Shown piece after piece: positions 19,492 through 28,868 of a stretch of DNA of 64,000 nt. The DNA lies in the IMG/VR virus record IMGVR_UViG_3300020178_000002, positions 62,001 through 126,000 of that record; one strand, written 5' to 3'. The notes under the pieces were generated by a model. That model was given only the letters and a program-made list of their open reading frames with translations, was not told the origin of the DNA and ran no database searches. Both the position numbers and the translations under genes were made by a program. Each line of letters opens with the position of its first letter. The stretch's first letter is position 1.

Positions 19492-21270
19492 TTACTCCAT
19501 GCTAGAGAGCATCTCTAAGTTTGCTTTTAATCTTCTTCTGTAACTAGGGTCTCTTTTAACCCTACTAGCAATTCTTTGCAGAGCTGCTTTTTTGTTTCCT
19601 TTGAACTTCTTTTTAATAAAGTCAGCAACGATACCAACAGTCTTAATGCCTTGACTAAAGAGGTATTTAACTAGCCAACCTAGTAGTATAAAAGGTTCTG
19701 ATGCGATTGCAAAGAGAATACCTACCAAAGCAGTAATAAAAGAAGCAGAGCTTAAAAGGATAGATAAAGTAGTAGATCCTAATACAACACCCATTTTTCT
19801 TAGGTGTGAAGCTGTAAACTTAGCATTTGTTAGCAATGCAAAGATGGCTACAAAAACAATGAACCCACCAGCAGAAGTTGCAGCACCCATTAGCACTGTT
19901 TTTGCAGAAAGAGCTTTACCTGTAAAGAGGAAACTCTTAAGGTAAGGCCAGATAAGCTTAAAAGCAGCTATTTTCAGCCCAACAAAAATTGATTTAACTG
20001 CTAATATCTTAGTGTCTGGCAACAAAGATAGATACTTCATTATCTCAGAATACTTGCGAATAGAGTACATCAAAACAATTTGTGCTTTAGAAGAAGGCTC
20101 TTTGAAGTTTGGTATTTCGTGTAGGCTAAATTTACCTTTTTGTACAGACTTGTACTCATCATACTTTCTTCTAAGCTCAAACAACTCTCCTTTTAGCAAA
20201 GCCTCATCTGCTCTATTGTCAGCCAGCTCAATCTTCTCTTCTAGTTCTCTAATTTGCATAGCTACAGATTCAAACTTTGAATTATTCTCAGCTACAACTT
20301 CTCTGTACTTTTGAGAAATTGTACTTTTAATGTCTTTCATATCTTCAAAGCTAGTAGTAAGAAACCATCCTTCTTTTAGATTTATATACTCATCTAACAA
20401 AGAAAGGTACTCTTTGTAGTTTGGATCAAAGCCAAAAAATTTCTCTAGACGTTCAAATGGTATATTTGCAGCCATAGCTACTTCGCCTAGAGTTTTTGCT
20501 TTAACTAAAGTAACGACATTATCCGCCCAGATTGCAGGATTCCTTTGAGGGTCAAATTCATCTAAAACCATCTGTGCGAAAGGGTTGTGCTCTGCCATTT
20601 TCTTTACTGTCTTTGGAGTATACTCAACAAACATAGGCCAAAGAGAGCCTAAGTGTATTTTTTTATTCAAGACAGCTCCAATCAAGTACTTAACCTTAGC
20701 AACCATTCCCTTATCTATCTTCTTGCTTGCTTTTTCAGAGATGTCATTAATGACAGTAGCAGTAGCATCTAAAACTACTTTCTCTTTATCAGAAGCAAGT
20801 CTTCTATTGTCAGACATAAGGTGTGCAAGAATTAAGTTATTCATACTAGCTTTTTTACTGTGTTTCATTTTCCAAGACTTCCATTTGCTATGTGCAGGAC
20901 TAGATTTGAGTGAGGGGTCATGCCCCCAATTTCTGAGACTGATTTCCCATTTGGACATTCCAGAGCCCTTAATAGGTTGTCCTGGTTTGCCACCTAACAT
21001 ACGAGAGTTAAAACCATTCTCCTGAGCAGCATTATCAAAGTCTTGAGCTGTCCATTTGTCGAATGGCTTCGACTTTCTTCTCTTTATTCTGTGAAAAGAG
21101 TCATAGCCAGATTGTATATCACCAGCTTCTTCTGCTTCTTCTCTATTAATTGAAGCAAGAAGCCTATCATCATTCTTTGCCCATGAGTCTAAAGACTTCT
21201 GACTCATGTTTATAAGTGACTTCCACTTATTGTAGATTTCTTTTTTTTCTTCTGGTGATCTTTTGGCCAT
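19492..21270 (-). CDS. DUF3140-like N-terminal domain fused to a coiled-coil and multi-TM region
   Basis: INMS..L..W and SLRNWGHDP signature of DUF3140; C-terminal hydrophobic helices; KKAS, RLAS and RIAS motifs; AAGGAGG RBS. Confidence 0.7.
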   Translation of the reverse strand: MAKRSPEEKKEIYNKWKSLINMSQKSLDSWAKNDDRLLASINREEAEEAGDIQSGYDSFHRIKRRKSKPFDKWTAQDFDNAAQENGFNSRMLGGKPGQPIKGSGMSKWEISLRNWGHDPSLKSSPAHSKWKSWKMKHSKKASMNNLILAHLMSDNRRLASDKEKVVLDATATVINDISEKASKKIDKGMVAKVKYLIGAVLNKKIHLGSLWPMFVEYTPKTVKKMAEHNPFAQMVLDEFDPQRNPAIWADNVVTLVKAKTLGEVAMAANIPFERLEKFFGFDPNYKEYLSLLDEYINLKEGWFLTTSFEDMKDIKSTISQKYREVVAENNSKFESVAMQIRELEEKIELADNRADEALLKGELFELRRKYDEYKSVQKGKFSLHEIPNFKEPSSKAQIVLMYSIRKYSEIMKYLSLLPDTKILAVKSIFVGLKIAAFKLIWPYLKSFLFTGKALSAKTVLMGAATSAGGFIVFVAIFALLTNAKFTASHLRKMGVVLGSTTLSILLSSASFITALVGILFAIASEPFILLGWLVKYLFSQGIKTVGIVADFIKKKFKGNKKAALQRIASRVKRDPSYRRRLKANLEMLSSME

Positions 21271-21302
21271 AAGACACCTCCTTACACTACCTTATTTATA
21301 CT

Positions 21303-21315
21303 TATAAATAGATTA
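21303..21315 (-). promoter_or_regulatory. Putative late promoter motif
   Basis: TAATCTATTTATA, 32 nt upstream of 21270; identical to 16583. Confidence 0.6.
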
Positions 21316-21726
21316 GTGATAAGTGATGTGGTTGTACCCATGAATTAAGTCTGGAAAAAGATCCATGATGTCTAAAGATTGGATATTAACTGCTTCAGCT
21401 ACATCTTCAAGATTACAAGAAATAGCACTAGGGTAGTTGCTACTTTTGTCGTATAGCACACCAATGACTTTTCTGTTCCCTATAATATCTTGAATTAAAA
21501 ACCAGATGTAAACAAAATCTGAGTTGAGCATTTTTTTGTTTACAAATTTAACCCACTCCTCATTACTTCCCAGAAGAAGCTCTATGTTTTCATAATCTTC
21601 TTCTGTATAATAAGCGTGTGGTGGCATAGTAGTTAAATCTACACCTTTCTCTATAGCAATCCTTGCGTGGTTCTGCATAAAAGAGATACATGAGTTAAGT
21701 AATTTATTATGGAGGATGTTTGACAT
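21313..21726 (-). CDS. Hypothetical protein
   Basis: ORF; probable start ATG 21726 (MSNILH). Confidence 0.55.
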   Translation of the reverse strand: MSNILHNKLLNSCISFMQNHARIAIEKGVDLTTMPPHAYYTEEDYENIELLLGSNEEWVKFVNKKMLNSDFVYIWFLIQDIIGNRKVIGVLYDKSSNYPSAISCNLEDVAEAVNIQSLDIMDLFPDLIHGYNHITYH

Positions 21727-21970
21727 GAAGCCCAAACCTTTCAAATCTAAAGAATATATTGTTGAGTTTAAAAAATATGGCAACCTGATATCTCAGTTGC
21801 GTAATGTTCTTTCTTCTTATAGAAATAGCAGTAGCTTATGGGAAAACAATGACCTATTAAACCAAACTAAGAGATGTCAGAAAGAATTAGATTCTCTGAT
21901 GGGTATGATAAGCAGTATTGAAAAGAAAGAATCAGCCAGACTAAGGAAAGAGAAAAATGCCAACTTATAA
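21725..21970 (+). CDS. Hypothetical coiled-coil protein
   Basis: GGAGG 9 nt before ATG 21725. Confidence 0.55.
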   Translation: MKPKPFKSKEYIVEFKKYGNLISQLRNVLSSYRNSSSLWENNDLLNQTKRCQKELDSLMGMISSIEKKESARLRKEKNANL

Positions 21971-22142
21971 CTACAGGTGCAAAAAAGAAGAGTGCAAACA
22001 CGAGTTTGAAAAAATGCACAAGATGAATGACCCTAAGCCTGACTGTCCTAAGTGTAAAGAACCAGACCCAGAGAAGCTAATTTCTAAGAGTGGTACTTTT
22101 ATACTAAAGGGCAAAGGCTGGTTTAATACAGGTGGCTACTAG
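21957..22142 (+). CDS. FmdB-family zinc ribbon protein
   Basis: MPTYNYRC...C.HEFE...CPKC...FILKGKGWFNTGGY. Confidence 0.88.
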   Translation: MPTYNYRCKKEECKHEFEKMHKMNDPKPDCPKCKEPDPEKLISKSGTFILKGKGWFNTGGY

Positions 22143-22465
22143 TGAGACCTTACCTATTCCCTATCTTCTTACTTTGCGTGTCAAATGTGATATTCTGGTT
22201 TAAGGGGAACTCAAAAGAGCTTTTCGGTCTTGATTGGAGTCCTTTTAAGTGGTGGCTTTTTACAAGCCTATTTACTAATTATATGACCTTAACTGCATGG
22301 TGGAAGCTAATCCAGCTAGGGGATGTTTGGAAAGCTGGAGTTGTTTGGGGCTTGGTGAGTTTGACAACAGACCTCTTACTGAACACTGCATATTTTGGAT
22401 TTAATTGGAAAGGCATACTTGCATTGTGTTTATGTGCAATAGCAGCCTTAATTGCTCATAGTTAG
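22142..22465 (+). CDS. Small multi-pass membrane protein (SMR/DMT-like size)
   Basis: 107 aa, about 4 hydrophobic helices. Confidence 0.6.
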   Translation: MRPYLFPIFLLCVSNVIFWFKGNSKELFGLDWSPFKWWLFTSLFTNYMTLTAWWKLIQLGDVWKAGVVWGLVSLTTDLLLNTAYFGFNWKGILALCLCAIAALIAHS

Positions 22466-22475
22466 TTTATTTATA
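22463..22475 (+). promoter_or_regulatory. Putative late promoter motif
   Basis: TAGTTTATTTATA upstream of TopIB; overlaps the upstream stop codon. Confidence 0.5.
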
Positions 22476-22504
22476 CTTTGCTGTAGGCAACAAGTGCAGC
22501 AAAG

Positions 22505-23851
22505 GTGTTGAAGATGACTACTAAGAAGAAAAAGATTAAAGAAAAGAAACAGCTTGCCTTTCAAAAAAAGTCAGCAGCCGCTTTTAGAGCTTTAGGGAGA
22601 GCTGTTTATAGACATAGGCACAAAGCTAGGAAAAAGTACCCTAGCAGGTCAAATGAGTCGTTTAAGAAAAGAGGTAGATGGCTTATCCGCTTTCTGGATA
22701 AAGAACCTAAGACCATAGAATTTCTTGATACCTTTATTGGAACAGAAGATATGAATCCTCGAACAAAAGGTTGGAGAAGAAAAGTCTTAGAGCTTCTCTC
22801 TCTTTACCTTTTAAACAAGATCACATTGAGAGAAGCCTCTAAACTATTTGTGCCTATAGCTGCTAAGTCTTATGAAGTTGTTGCTTTAAACAAACAGCAA
22901 AATAAGATTCAAAAAACATTGCCACCAGAGATCATGGCCTTTTTGCCTAGCTCTATTGTTGTAGAAGTAGACAAAAACAACAACATCAAGGGCATCAATG
23001 ATATGTTTGTAAATGATACATATACATTGAAGGAAAAAATAAAGACCCAGAAGAAGCTAGTTTACCGATACAACACTATTGTTAAGCAAGTAAAGAAAGA
23101 TATGAAATCCAGAGATGAGATTACTAAGCTCTGTGCTTTAGTTACTTCCATCATAATGGAAACAGGCATTAGACCTGGAAAGATTGGTAATAGTGCTGTC
23201 AAGATTATAGAAGACAAGAAGATAGAAGTAGAGACTTTTGGAGCTGTTTCTCTCAATGCAGACCATGTGTCTTTTGTTAAAGACAACTTTGCAGAATTAA
23301 AGTTTGTAGGTAAGAAGGGTGGCTTGAACACAGCATCTCTCAAAGACTCAGATGTGATCAAAGTTTTAAAAGACTATGTAGATAACTCATTGAAGTCTGG
23401 TTCTAAGTACATATTTACAACTAGAGATGGTGAACAGTTTGATTACAAAGACCTTTCAAGCTACTTTAGGAAGAACTTTAAGGGCTTTAAAATCACAGAC
23501 TTTAGAAAGCTAAGAGCTACTAGAACTGTTTTTGAGGTTCTTAAAGATGAAAGAAGAAATATGCTAGGCAGGATCAAAGAGATTGCGTCTGGTGAGGTTG
23601 AGTCTATCAAAGCTAAAGCTACCGAAGAGATTGTTAAAACAATAGAATTGGCTCACCAGCAGGCACAGGCTGCCTTGAGTCACATGGATTCAAGCACAAC
23701 TCAAGATGCTTATATTAACCCTCAGGTTCTCTTACGCTTCTTAAGCACTGCAAAGATAGAGTCTTCTTTTAGAGACTATATCATGCAAGGCAAAACAAAG
23801 TTCAGATTTGATCCTATGATGTTTGTTAAAGAAGCTGAGAAGCTGGCATAA
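22505..23851 (+). CDS. DNA topoisomerase IB
   Basis: Catalytic pentad in order: TGIRPG (R), FVGKKG (K), TDFRK (R), LSH (H), AYINP (Y). Confidence 0.85.
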   Translation: MLKMTTKKKKIKEKKQLAFQKKSAAAFRALGRAVYRHRHKARKKYPSRSNESFKKRGRWLIRFLDKEPKTIEFLDTFIGTEDMNPRTKGWRRKVLELLSLYLLNKITLREASKLFVPIAAKSYEVVALNKQQNKIQKTLPPEIMAFLPSSIVVEVDKNNNIKGINDMFVNDTYTLKEKIKTQKKLVYRYNTIVKQVKKDMKSRDEITKLCALVTSIIMETGIRPGKIGNSAVKIIEDKKIEVETFGAVSLNADHVSFVKDNFAELKFVGKKGGLNTASLKDSDVIKVLKDYVDNSLKSGSKYIFTTRDGEQFDYKDLSSYFRKNFKGFKITDFRKLRATRTVFEVLKDERRNMLGRIKEIASGEVESIKAKATEEIVKTIELAHQQAQAALSHMDSSTTQDAYINPQVLLRFLSTAKIESSFRDYIMQGKTKFRFDPMMFVKEAEKLA

Positions 23852-24332
23852 GCTTTATAGGTTCTACATCAGAAGCCCAATGGTTTCTAATTGAGTTAAT
23901 GATATAGTGACCATGCTCTACTTTATTGACCTTAATATCTCCATGAGTTGAATTGGTATAGATCATATACCTTGCTCTGGGTACGTCATCAAATAGGATG
24001 TCTGTTAAAACTGTGTCAACTTCAAGACTATCTATAAAAAAAGAAAAGTATGTTGTGATCTCAGCTTTAGGTAAAGAAGGATGGCTCATAACCACAGAGT
24101 GATACCTATATTCTTTGTTAGCAGAAATATCTTTTTGATCCTCTGTTGTCTTGACAAATTCGTAACCCATTTCAAGCATTAGACTTTGATAAAAACTCGT
24201 TGTGTTTGCTAAAAACAAGTACATCTGAACTTCATAATCATCACCAACAGCATTTGAGAAGCTAATAATAGGGTCTGGGATATTTATGTTCATAATCCTT
24301 TGACCATTTGAAACTTGTGTATAATTATCCAT
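23826..24332 (-). CDS. Hypothetical protein
   Basis: ORF coupled to 24325-24933. Confidence 0.6.
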   Translation of the reverse strand: MDNYTQVSNGQRIMNINIPDPIISFSNAVGDDYEVQMYLFLANTTSFYQSLMLEMGYEFVKTTEDQKDISANKEYRYHSVVMSHPSLPKAEITTYFSFFIDSLEVDTVLTDILFDDVPRARYMIYTNSTHGDIKVNKVEHGHYIINSIRNHWASDVEPIKLMPASQLL

Positions 24333-24933
24333 TTGTTAACCTCACAAAAGCTCTAGGAATCCAATATGATTCAGACTGTCTGAGCATAGTCTGAAAATCT
24401 TCTTCGGACATGTCTGTAGGAGTTCCACCATCCCAGCCATAATAGTTGGCTTTCAAAGCATAGGGTGTAATAGGTGGCATAGATTCATCATTGTCTGGAT
24501 ATGCATTTATGCTTATTAGTTCCCAATTATCTGCACGAGGCTCTAGCTCATTGTCACCTGTTATAGAAAGGGCTAATGAGTTGTAGAAAATCAACCCTAC
24601 TTTTTGAGCTTGGGGTTTCTGACTACGAAGAACTTCCCTGTAAGGTCTCGGTTCTTCACCTTCTACTCTAGACCTAATTCCCTCAAAGACTTCTTCATCT
24701 TCTTGTATTAAACAAACTGCTGAATAAAAGTGTTGGCTTAGGTTTTCTGGGAGAGTAGCAACGAGGACTCTACCACCTTCATTGTGGTTTAATGGTAGAT
24801 ATCCTTCTCTTGTTTCAGCAACTAGTAAGAGATTAGCCACTTCCTCTAAGGGGAGTGTAGAGTGAGATAGGGGTGCTTCTGCGGTGTGTCTTTTAGCAAA
24901 GCTATTTACAGCAATCTTGTTTATAGTAGTCAA
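24325..24933 (-). CDS. DUF3228-like protein
   Basis: FAKRH, EGY, GEEP, WELISINA, PITP, GGT, YW pattern recalled for DUF3228. Confidence 0.6.
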   Translation of the reverse strand: MTTINKIAVNSFAKRHTAEAPLSHSTLPLEEVANLLLVAETREGYLPLNHNEGGRVLVATLPENLSQHFYSAVCLIQEDEEVFEGIRSRVEGEEPRPYREVLRSQKPQAQKVGLIFYNSLALSITGDNELEPRADNWELISINAYPDNDESMPPITPYALKANYYGWDGGTPTDMSEEDFQTMLRQSESYWIPRAFVRLTNG

Positions 24934-25008
24934 TTAAATTTCCTTTTGTGTAATATAATACCTAATCTAATGTGTTTTTTTTCTTAGATCGAACACTATA
25001 CTTATAGA

Positions 25009-26430
25009 TTACTCTAAAGAAGTTCCTTTAATTTCTTTAATCTTATCAGAGATTTTTTTGAGGTACTTATCCGTAGTAGCCTCTATGCTTTTTAGTTCTA
25101 TACCTGTAAACTCAAAATACTGCATAGCTTCTTCATTATCTAATAGCTGTTTAGCTACCTCTGATGTACTGATTTCACCTTGGTAATTCTCACCTTCTTC
25201 ATTGGTTATATAGCACAAACAAAGCTCTCCTTGAGGGTTTTCCTTTGTGAAAACATAACATTTATCTCTGATATAGGTTGAGGAGCTAGGGTCTGATGGT
25301 TTGTAGCCCTCTCTCTTATCAATTTCCTCTAAGACTTTTTGAGCATGTTCAATAGGGTACTCTAAAAGCATACCTTCCATATACCCATATGGCTTAGTTC
25401 CAAGTACAAGATGTTTTCTTCCTGTGCTATATATGTTGAAAGACCTTGATAGGTTATTAACATGGCCTCTTCTCTTTTTTGTGATTAGCTCTGGAAAGAT
25501 AGGTTCATACATAAGAGAGCCATAGACGAAAACCTTTAGAGTGTTTTCATGTGGGGCCATTAGAGGAATGTCTAACTTATTTTTTTCTAGGTTTGACAGA
25601 GTGACTTCACCCTCATCATTTAGATAAATACGCTTAACACAAAACTTACATTTCTCTTTGCCCTTGAAGTGTTTCTCATAGCCCTCATAAATACTATCTT
25701 CATCTATTAGGATTACAGTCATTCTTTTATACACAGGGTCTAATATGATCTGATTAGAAGTGAACATATTGTCTGTCTTTCTAACCACATTAAAAGGATT
25801 ATGTATGTCCTTTATTCTTTGAGTATAAAGCTTTTTGACTAGATCCATTGGAGATCTTTTGTAGGATTGCATTGCTTTCAATGCAGTATTGTATCTCGTT
25901 TCAGAAGATTCCCTATCTTCACCCTCAAGGTAGCCTGCGTCTGGGTGTCTAATACCGTGATTAGTTCTAACAAAGTGTTTATCTGTAATCTCCTCAACCT
26001 TTGGAGAATGCAAGCTTGTTTGTTCTACAATAAAAGTGTTCTTACCATCCGTGATAATATTATGACCTCTAACACCATTCCTATGGTGTGTCATTACATG
26101 AAGTGCTTCTAAAAGAGAATTACACTCTAAAGCCTTTAGAAACCTCCAAGCATCTCCTGAGAATCTGTTTCTATCTCCAGGTCTTTTTTTCTTACCCTCT
26201 TTTTCATCAGAGATTACAGCAAGAGCAGCATTTGTTATTGCAATACCATGCTCATTAATGCCCTCTACCCAGCCCGATATAGTATCTTGGAAATAAAGTA
26301 TTTCAGTGCCATTTTCAGCCCTTACATGGTATATCTTAAAAGTAGGGACATAGTTCCTATCTCTATTTTTGAACACTATCTTTCTATTTCCTACTTCAGT
26401 GAGTGCAATCACACAAGCGTTTTTATCCAT
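25009..26430 (-). CDS. Fusion: Cys-type Ntn hydrolase + gamma-glutamylcyclotransferase (GGCT/ChaC-like)
   Basis: C6-VIAL, KNRDR, GINEHGI, RTNH (Ntn); VFVYGSLM, IDKREGY (GGCT). Confidence 0.75.
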   Translation of the reverse strand: MDKNACVIALTEVGNRKIVFKNRDRNYVPTFKIYHVRAENGTEILYFQDTISGWVEGINEHGIAITNAALAVISDEKEGKKKRPGDRNRFSGDAWRFLKALECNSLLEALHVMTHHRNGVRGHNIITDGKNTFIVEQTSLHSPKVEEITDKHFVRTNHGIRHPDAGYLEGEDRESSETRYNTALKAMQSYKRSPMDLVKKLYTQRIKDIHNPFNVVRKTDNMFTSNQIILDPVYKRMTVILIDEDSIYEGYEKHFKGKEKCKFCVKRIYLNDEGEVTLSNLEKNKLDIPLMAPHENTLKVFVYGSLMYEPIFPELITKKRRGHVNNLSRSFNIYSTGRKHLVLGTKPYGYMEGMLLEYPIEHAQKVLEEIDKREGYKPSDPSSSTYIRDKCYVFTKENPQGELCLCYITNEEGENYQGEISTSEVAKQLLDNEEAMQYFEFTGIELKSIEATTDKYLKKISDKIKEIKGTSLE

Positions 26431-26499
26431 AGTGGGAATCCTTTGTTTTTATATCTCTATAGGATAAAGGTATATAACAATTACAATACGAGGCGAGAA

Positions 26500-26910
26500 A
26501 TGAGACACTCAAACCAAAGACAGGAGCATGATATGGGTGCTGGTATTATGCTTACTTGCAAGAAAAAAGTTTTAATACTCAAAAGGGCTAACTACAAGAA
26601 AGATCCTTTTGCAGGATATTGGAACTTTCCAGGTGGTAAAACAGATAACACTGAATCTGCATATGAAACAGCCCTTCGAGAAACCTTTGAAGAAACAGGC
26701 TTTGAAGAAAGAGACATTAAGATCTATAAACATGTAGAAAGCAGAGGCTACACAATGTTTATAGGTGTTCTTGATGAAGAGTATATGCCTGTTCTTGATG
26801 AAGAACACACAGACTACAAATGGGTAGATATTGAAGAAGTAAGAAACTATATCTTACACCCAAAAGATGAAAGGTGCTTCAAGAAGTATCTTGCTAGCAA
26901 GAAGAAATAA
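26500..26910 (+). CDS. NUDIX hydrolase
   Basis: PGGKTDNTESAYETALRETFEETGF Nudix box; start reassigned to ATG 26500. Confidence 0.9.
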   Translation: MRHSNQRQEHDMGAGIMLTCKKKVLILKRANYKKDPFAGYWNFPGGKTDNTESAYETALRETFEETGFEERDIKIYKHVESRGYTMFIGVLDEEYMPVLDEEHTDYKWVDIEEVRNYILHPKDERCFKKYLASKKK

Positions 26911-27975
26911 CTACCAGACTTGGAAGTGAACTCCTAAAGACCAAGTGTTAGTTCCATCAGATCCTGCTACCCAACCGAGACCAGGTGCTAGGTTTAGGTT
27001 CTTACCTAGCAAATAAGGATGCCATGTTGCTTTTGCCCCCAAGAAAACATTTGAGGGAGTGATAACACCATTAGCACCTATTCTGTATTGGCCTTTCTGG
27101 AAGTTAAGTAAACTTGCTCCGATGGAAAGCCCAAATTCATTCGCTTGATAAGTACTGCCTACCAAAAGACTAGGTTCAAAAAGTTTTAACAAAGTAGAGT
27201 TCTGAGCATCTTTTTTAGGTACATATATGAGCTTACTGTCAAGGTTAGGGTCGCCTTTTATGAGCTTGCTTTCAAGACCTGGTATTGGAACAAAATTGCC
27301 TTCTTGAACATAGCCACCTAATACATGAATCCCTTGATTCTGAACAGCACCAGAACCCAATCTTGATTGATCTTCACCATATGTGATGGCTACAACTTTA
27401 AAGGCTAAGTTAAGGTCAATGCTTCCAAGACCTTTCCATAGATTCAGAGAAGAGAATCTAGCTAGTGGTTTGCCATTTACTTGATAAGGAGACTCCCATT
27501 CAAAAGTGAATGGGGTACATTTATCTGGGTGGTCAGAGCATCTAGTTATATCTAGTCCGTCTACACCTTTCCAAGACGGGGGTGGTGCTGTTTTTTCTTT
27601 TACAGTCCTACCTATTTTCCCAATCCCTTTTTTAATCCTACCCTCCATACCTAAAACTCTTTGAGAGATACTATCTACCCTAGCACCTGTTTCTTTTGTG
27701 TATTTGTAAATAGCATCTTGTGTTCTTTGGTCTAGATTCGAAATAATCTTTGAAGATTGTTCTTCTAGCTCTTTCCTTGAAACCATTTGAGATTTAACAA
27801 CATTAATCTCATCTCTGGTCTCTGACAAGATTCTAGCAGTCTTACTTAACTCTCCATTCATTTGTTTCTGAATAGTGTTGTCTAACTGACTTATCTTATA
27901 GGTCATCCATGCATTGTTAGCAAGAGAGAGTGTGAGCAGACCTGAAGCTATATATGCTGCTATTTTAATATCCAT
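26911..27975 (-). CDS. Envelope protein: N-terminal TM, coiled coil, C-terminal beta-strand region (spanin-like candidate)
   Basis: IAAYIASGLLTLSLA anchor; ends WSLGVHFQVW; AAAGGA RBS at ATG 27975. Confidence 0.55.
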   Translation of the reverse strand: MDIKIAAYIASGLLTLSLANNAWMTYKISQLDNTIQKQMNGELSKTARILSETRDEINVVKSQMVSRKELEEQSSKIISNLDQRTQDAIYKYTKETGARVDSISQRVLGMEGRIKKGIGKIGRTVKEKTAPPPSWKGVDGLDITRCSDHPDKCTPFTFEWESPYQVNGKPLARFSSLNLWKGLGSIDLNLAFKVVAITYGEDQSRLGSGAVQNQGIHVLGGYVQEGNFVPIPGLESKLIKGDPNLDSKLIYVPKKDAQNSTLLKLFEPSLLVGSTYQANEFGLSIGASLLNFQKGQYRIGANGVITPSNVFLGAKATWHPYLLGKNLNLAPGLGWVAGSDGTNTWSLGVHFQVW

Positions 27976-27981
27976 TTTATT
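27969..27981 (+). promoter_or_regulatory. Putative late promoter motif
   Basis: TATCCATTTTATT, 38 nt upstream of 28020. Confidence 0.45.
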
Positions 27982-28019
27982 GTCCTTTGTCTTAGGCATC
28001 ATTAAAAAAGAGGTATATA

Positions 28020-28868
28020 ATGAATAAAATATCAACACAAGAAATTAGAAAGCTTGAAATTAGGATAGCAAGGTTAGAGAAGGAGTCCAAGATTCTTGAT
28101 TGGTTGAAGTCTATCCCTATAAACCTACTCTCTAAGATTCAAGACTCCTTTGGAGAAATTTCTTCTCTTTTAAAGCTTACCTTAAAAAAGAATAAGGAAA
28201 GTATCTTAGAGGGCTTAGTTAAGTTCTTAGAAGTTAGAGTCAGCAGTGCATTAGATAAATCTCTTATGTCTGGATACCCTATTAGGTTTTATATCACTAA
28301 TTTTGACCCAAACAATCCTATGAACTCTGAAGCCCAGCTTATGGTTAAAGAAGTAGGTGGTGAGTTAAAATCTTATGAAGCTACTATCCGAGATATGCCA
28401 TCAATGCTTAAAGATGTTGAGGGTCTACCCCCTAGCATAGATAAAGATATTAAAGGTGCATATATTTCATGGTGGAAAGACTTTGAAGAAGAACTAAAAA
28501 TGCTTCGTGAAGGAAGGATGAGTAGGTCTACGGATTTGAAATCTTTCTGGAACAGAATCAAAGGTGCAAGTAAGTTTCTTTACAGGTTCTTGAGAGTTGT
28601 CTACAGCTTTAAATGGGCTTATGAAGTGTTCTCTTTAGTTGTGATGTTTACAACCCTAATGCCTTTGGCAGAAGTTGCACCAGAAAGAGGGAAGACCCTC
28701 ACTTATCTAGGTGTTGGTAAGATGATCTTAAACATATTTGAAAAGGTTCTTCGCAGAAGAAAAGTAAATATGGATCTCTTTGATGAGCTTGCAGCTAAAA
28801 AAGCATCTTCTCACCCTTACCCATATTGTAATAGCTTAGTCTCTCATTACGAAAGGGTTTGCAAGTGA
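28020..28868 (+). CDS. Leader-bearing membrane protein (paralogue of 29547-30425)
   Basis: IRKLEIRIARLEKES leader; GAYISWWKD; RRRKVN...KKAS tail. Confidence 0.75.
   Translation: MNKISTQEIRKLEIRIARLEKESKILDWLKSIPINLLSKIQDSFGEISSLLKLTLKKNKESILEGLVKFLEVRVSSALDKSLMSGYPIRFYITNFDPNNPMNSEAQLMVKEVGGELKSYEATIRDMPSMLKDVEGLPPSIDKDIKGAYISWWKDFEEELKMLREGRMSRSTDLKSFWNRIKGASKFLYRFLRVVYSFKWAYEVFSLVVMFTTLMPLAEVAPERGKTLTYLGVGKMILNIFEKVLRRRKVNMDLFDELAAKKASSHPYPYCNSLVSHYERVCK

Noticed and set aside
22505-23851. Tyrosine integrase indicating a prophage
   Set aside because: FxGK, DFR, LSH and YINP spacing fits TopIB rather than the HxLRH integrase motif; no att sites or host genes seen.
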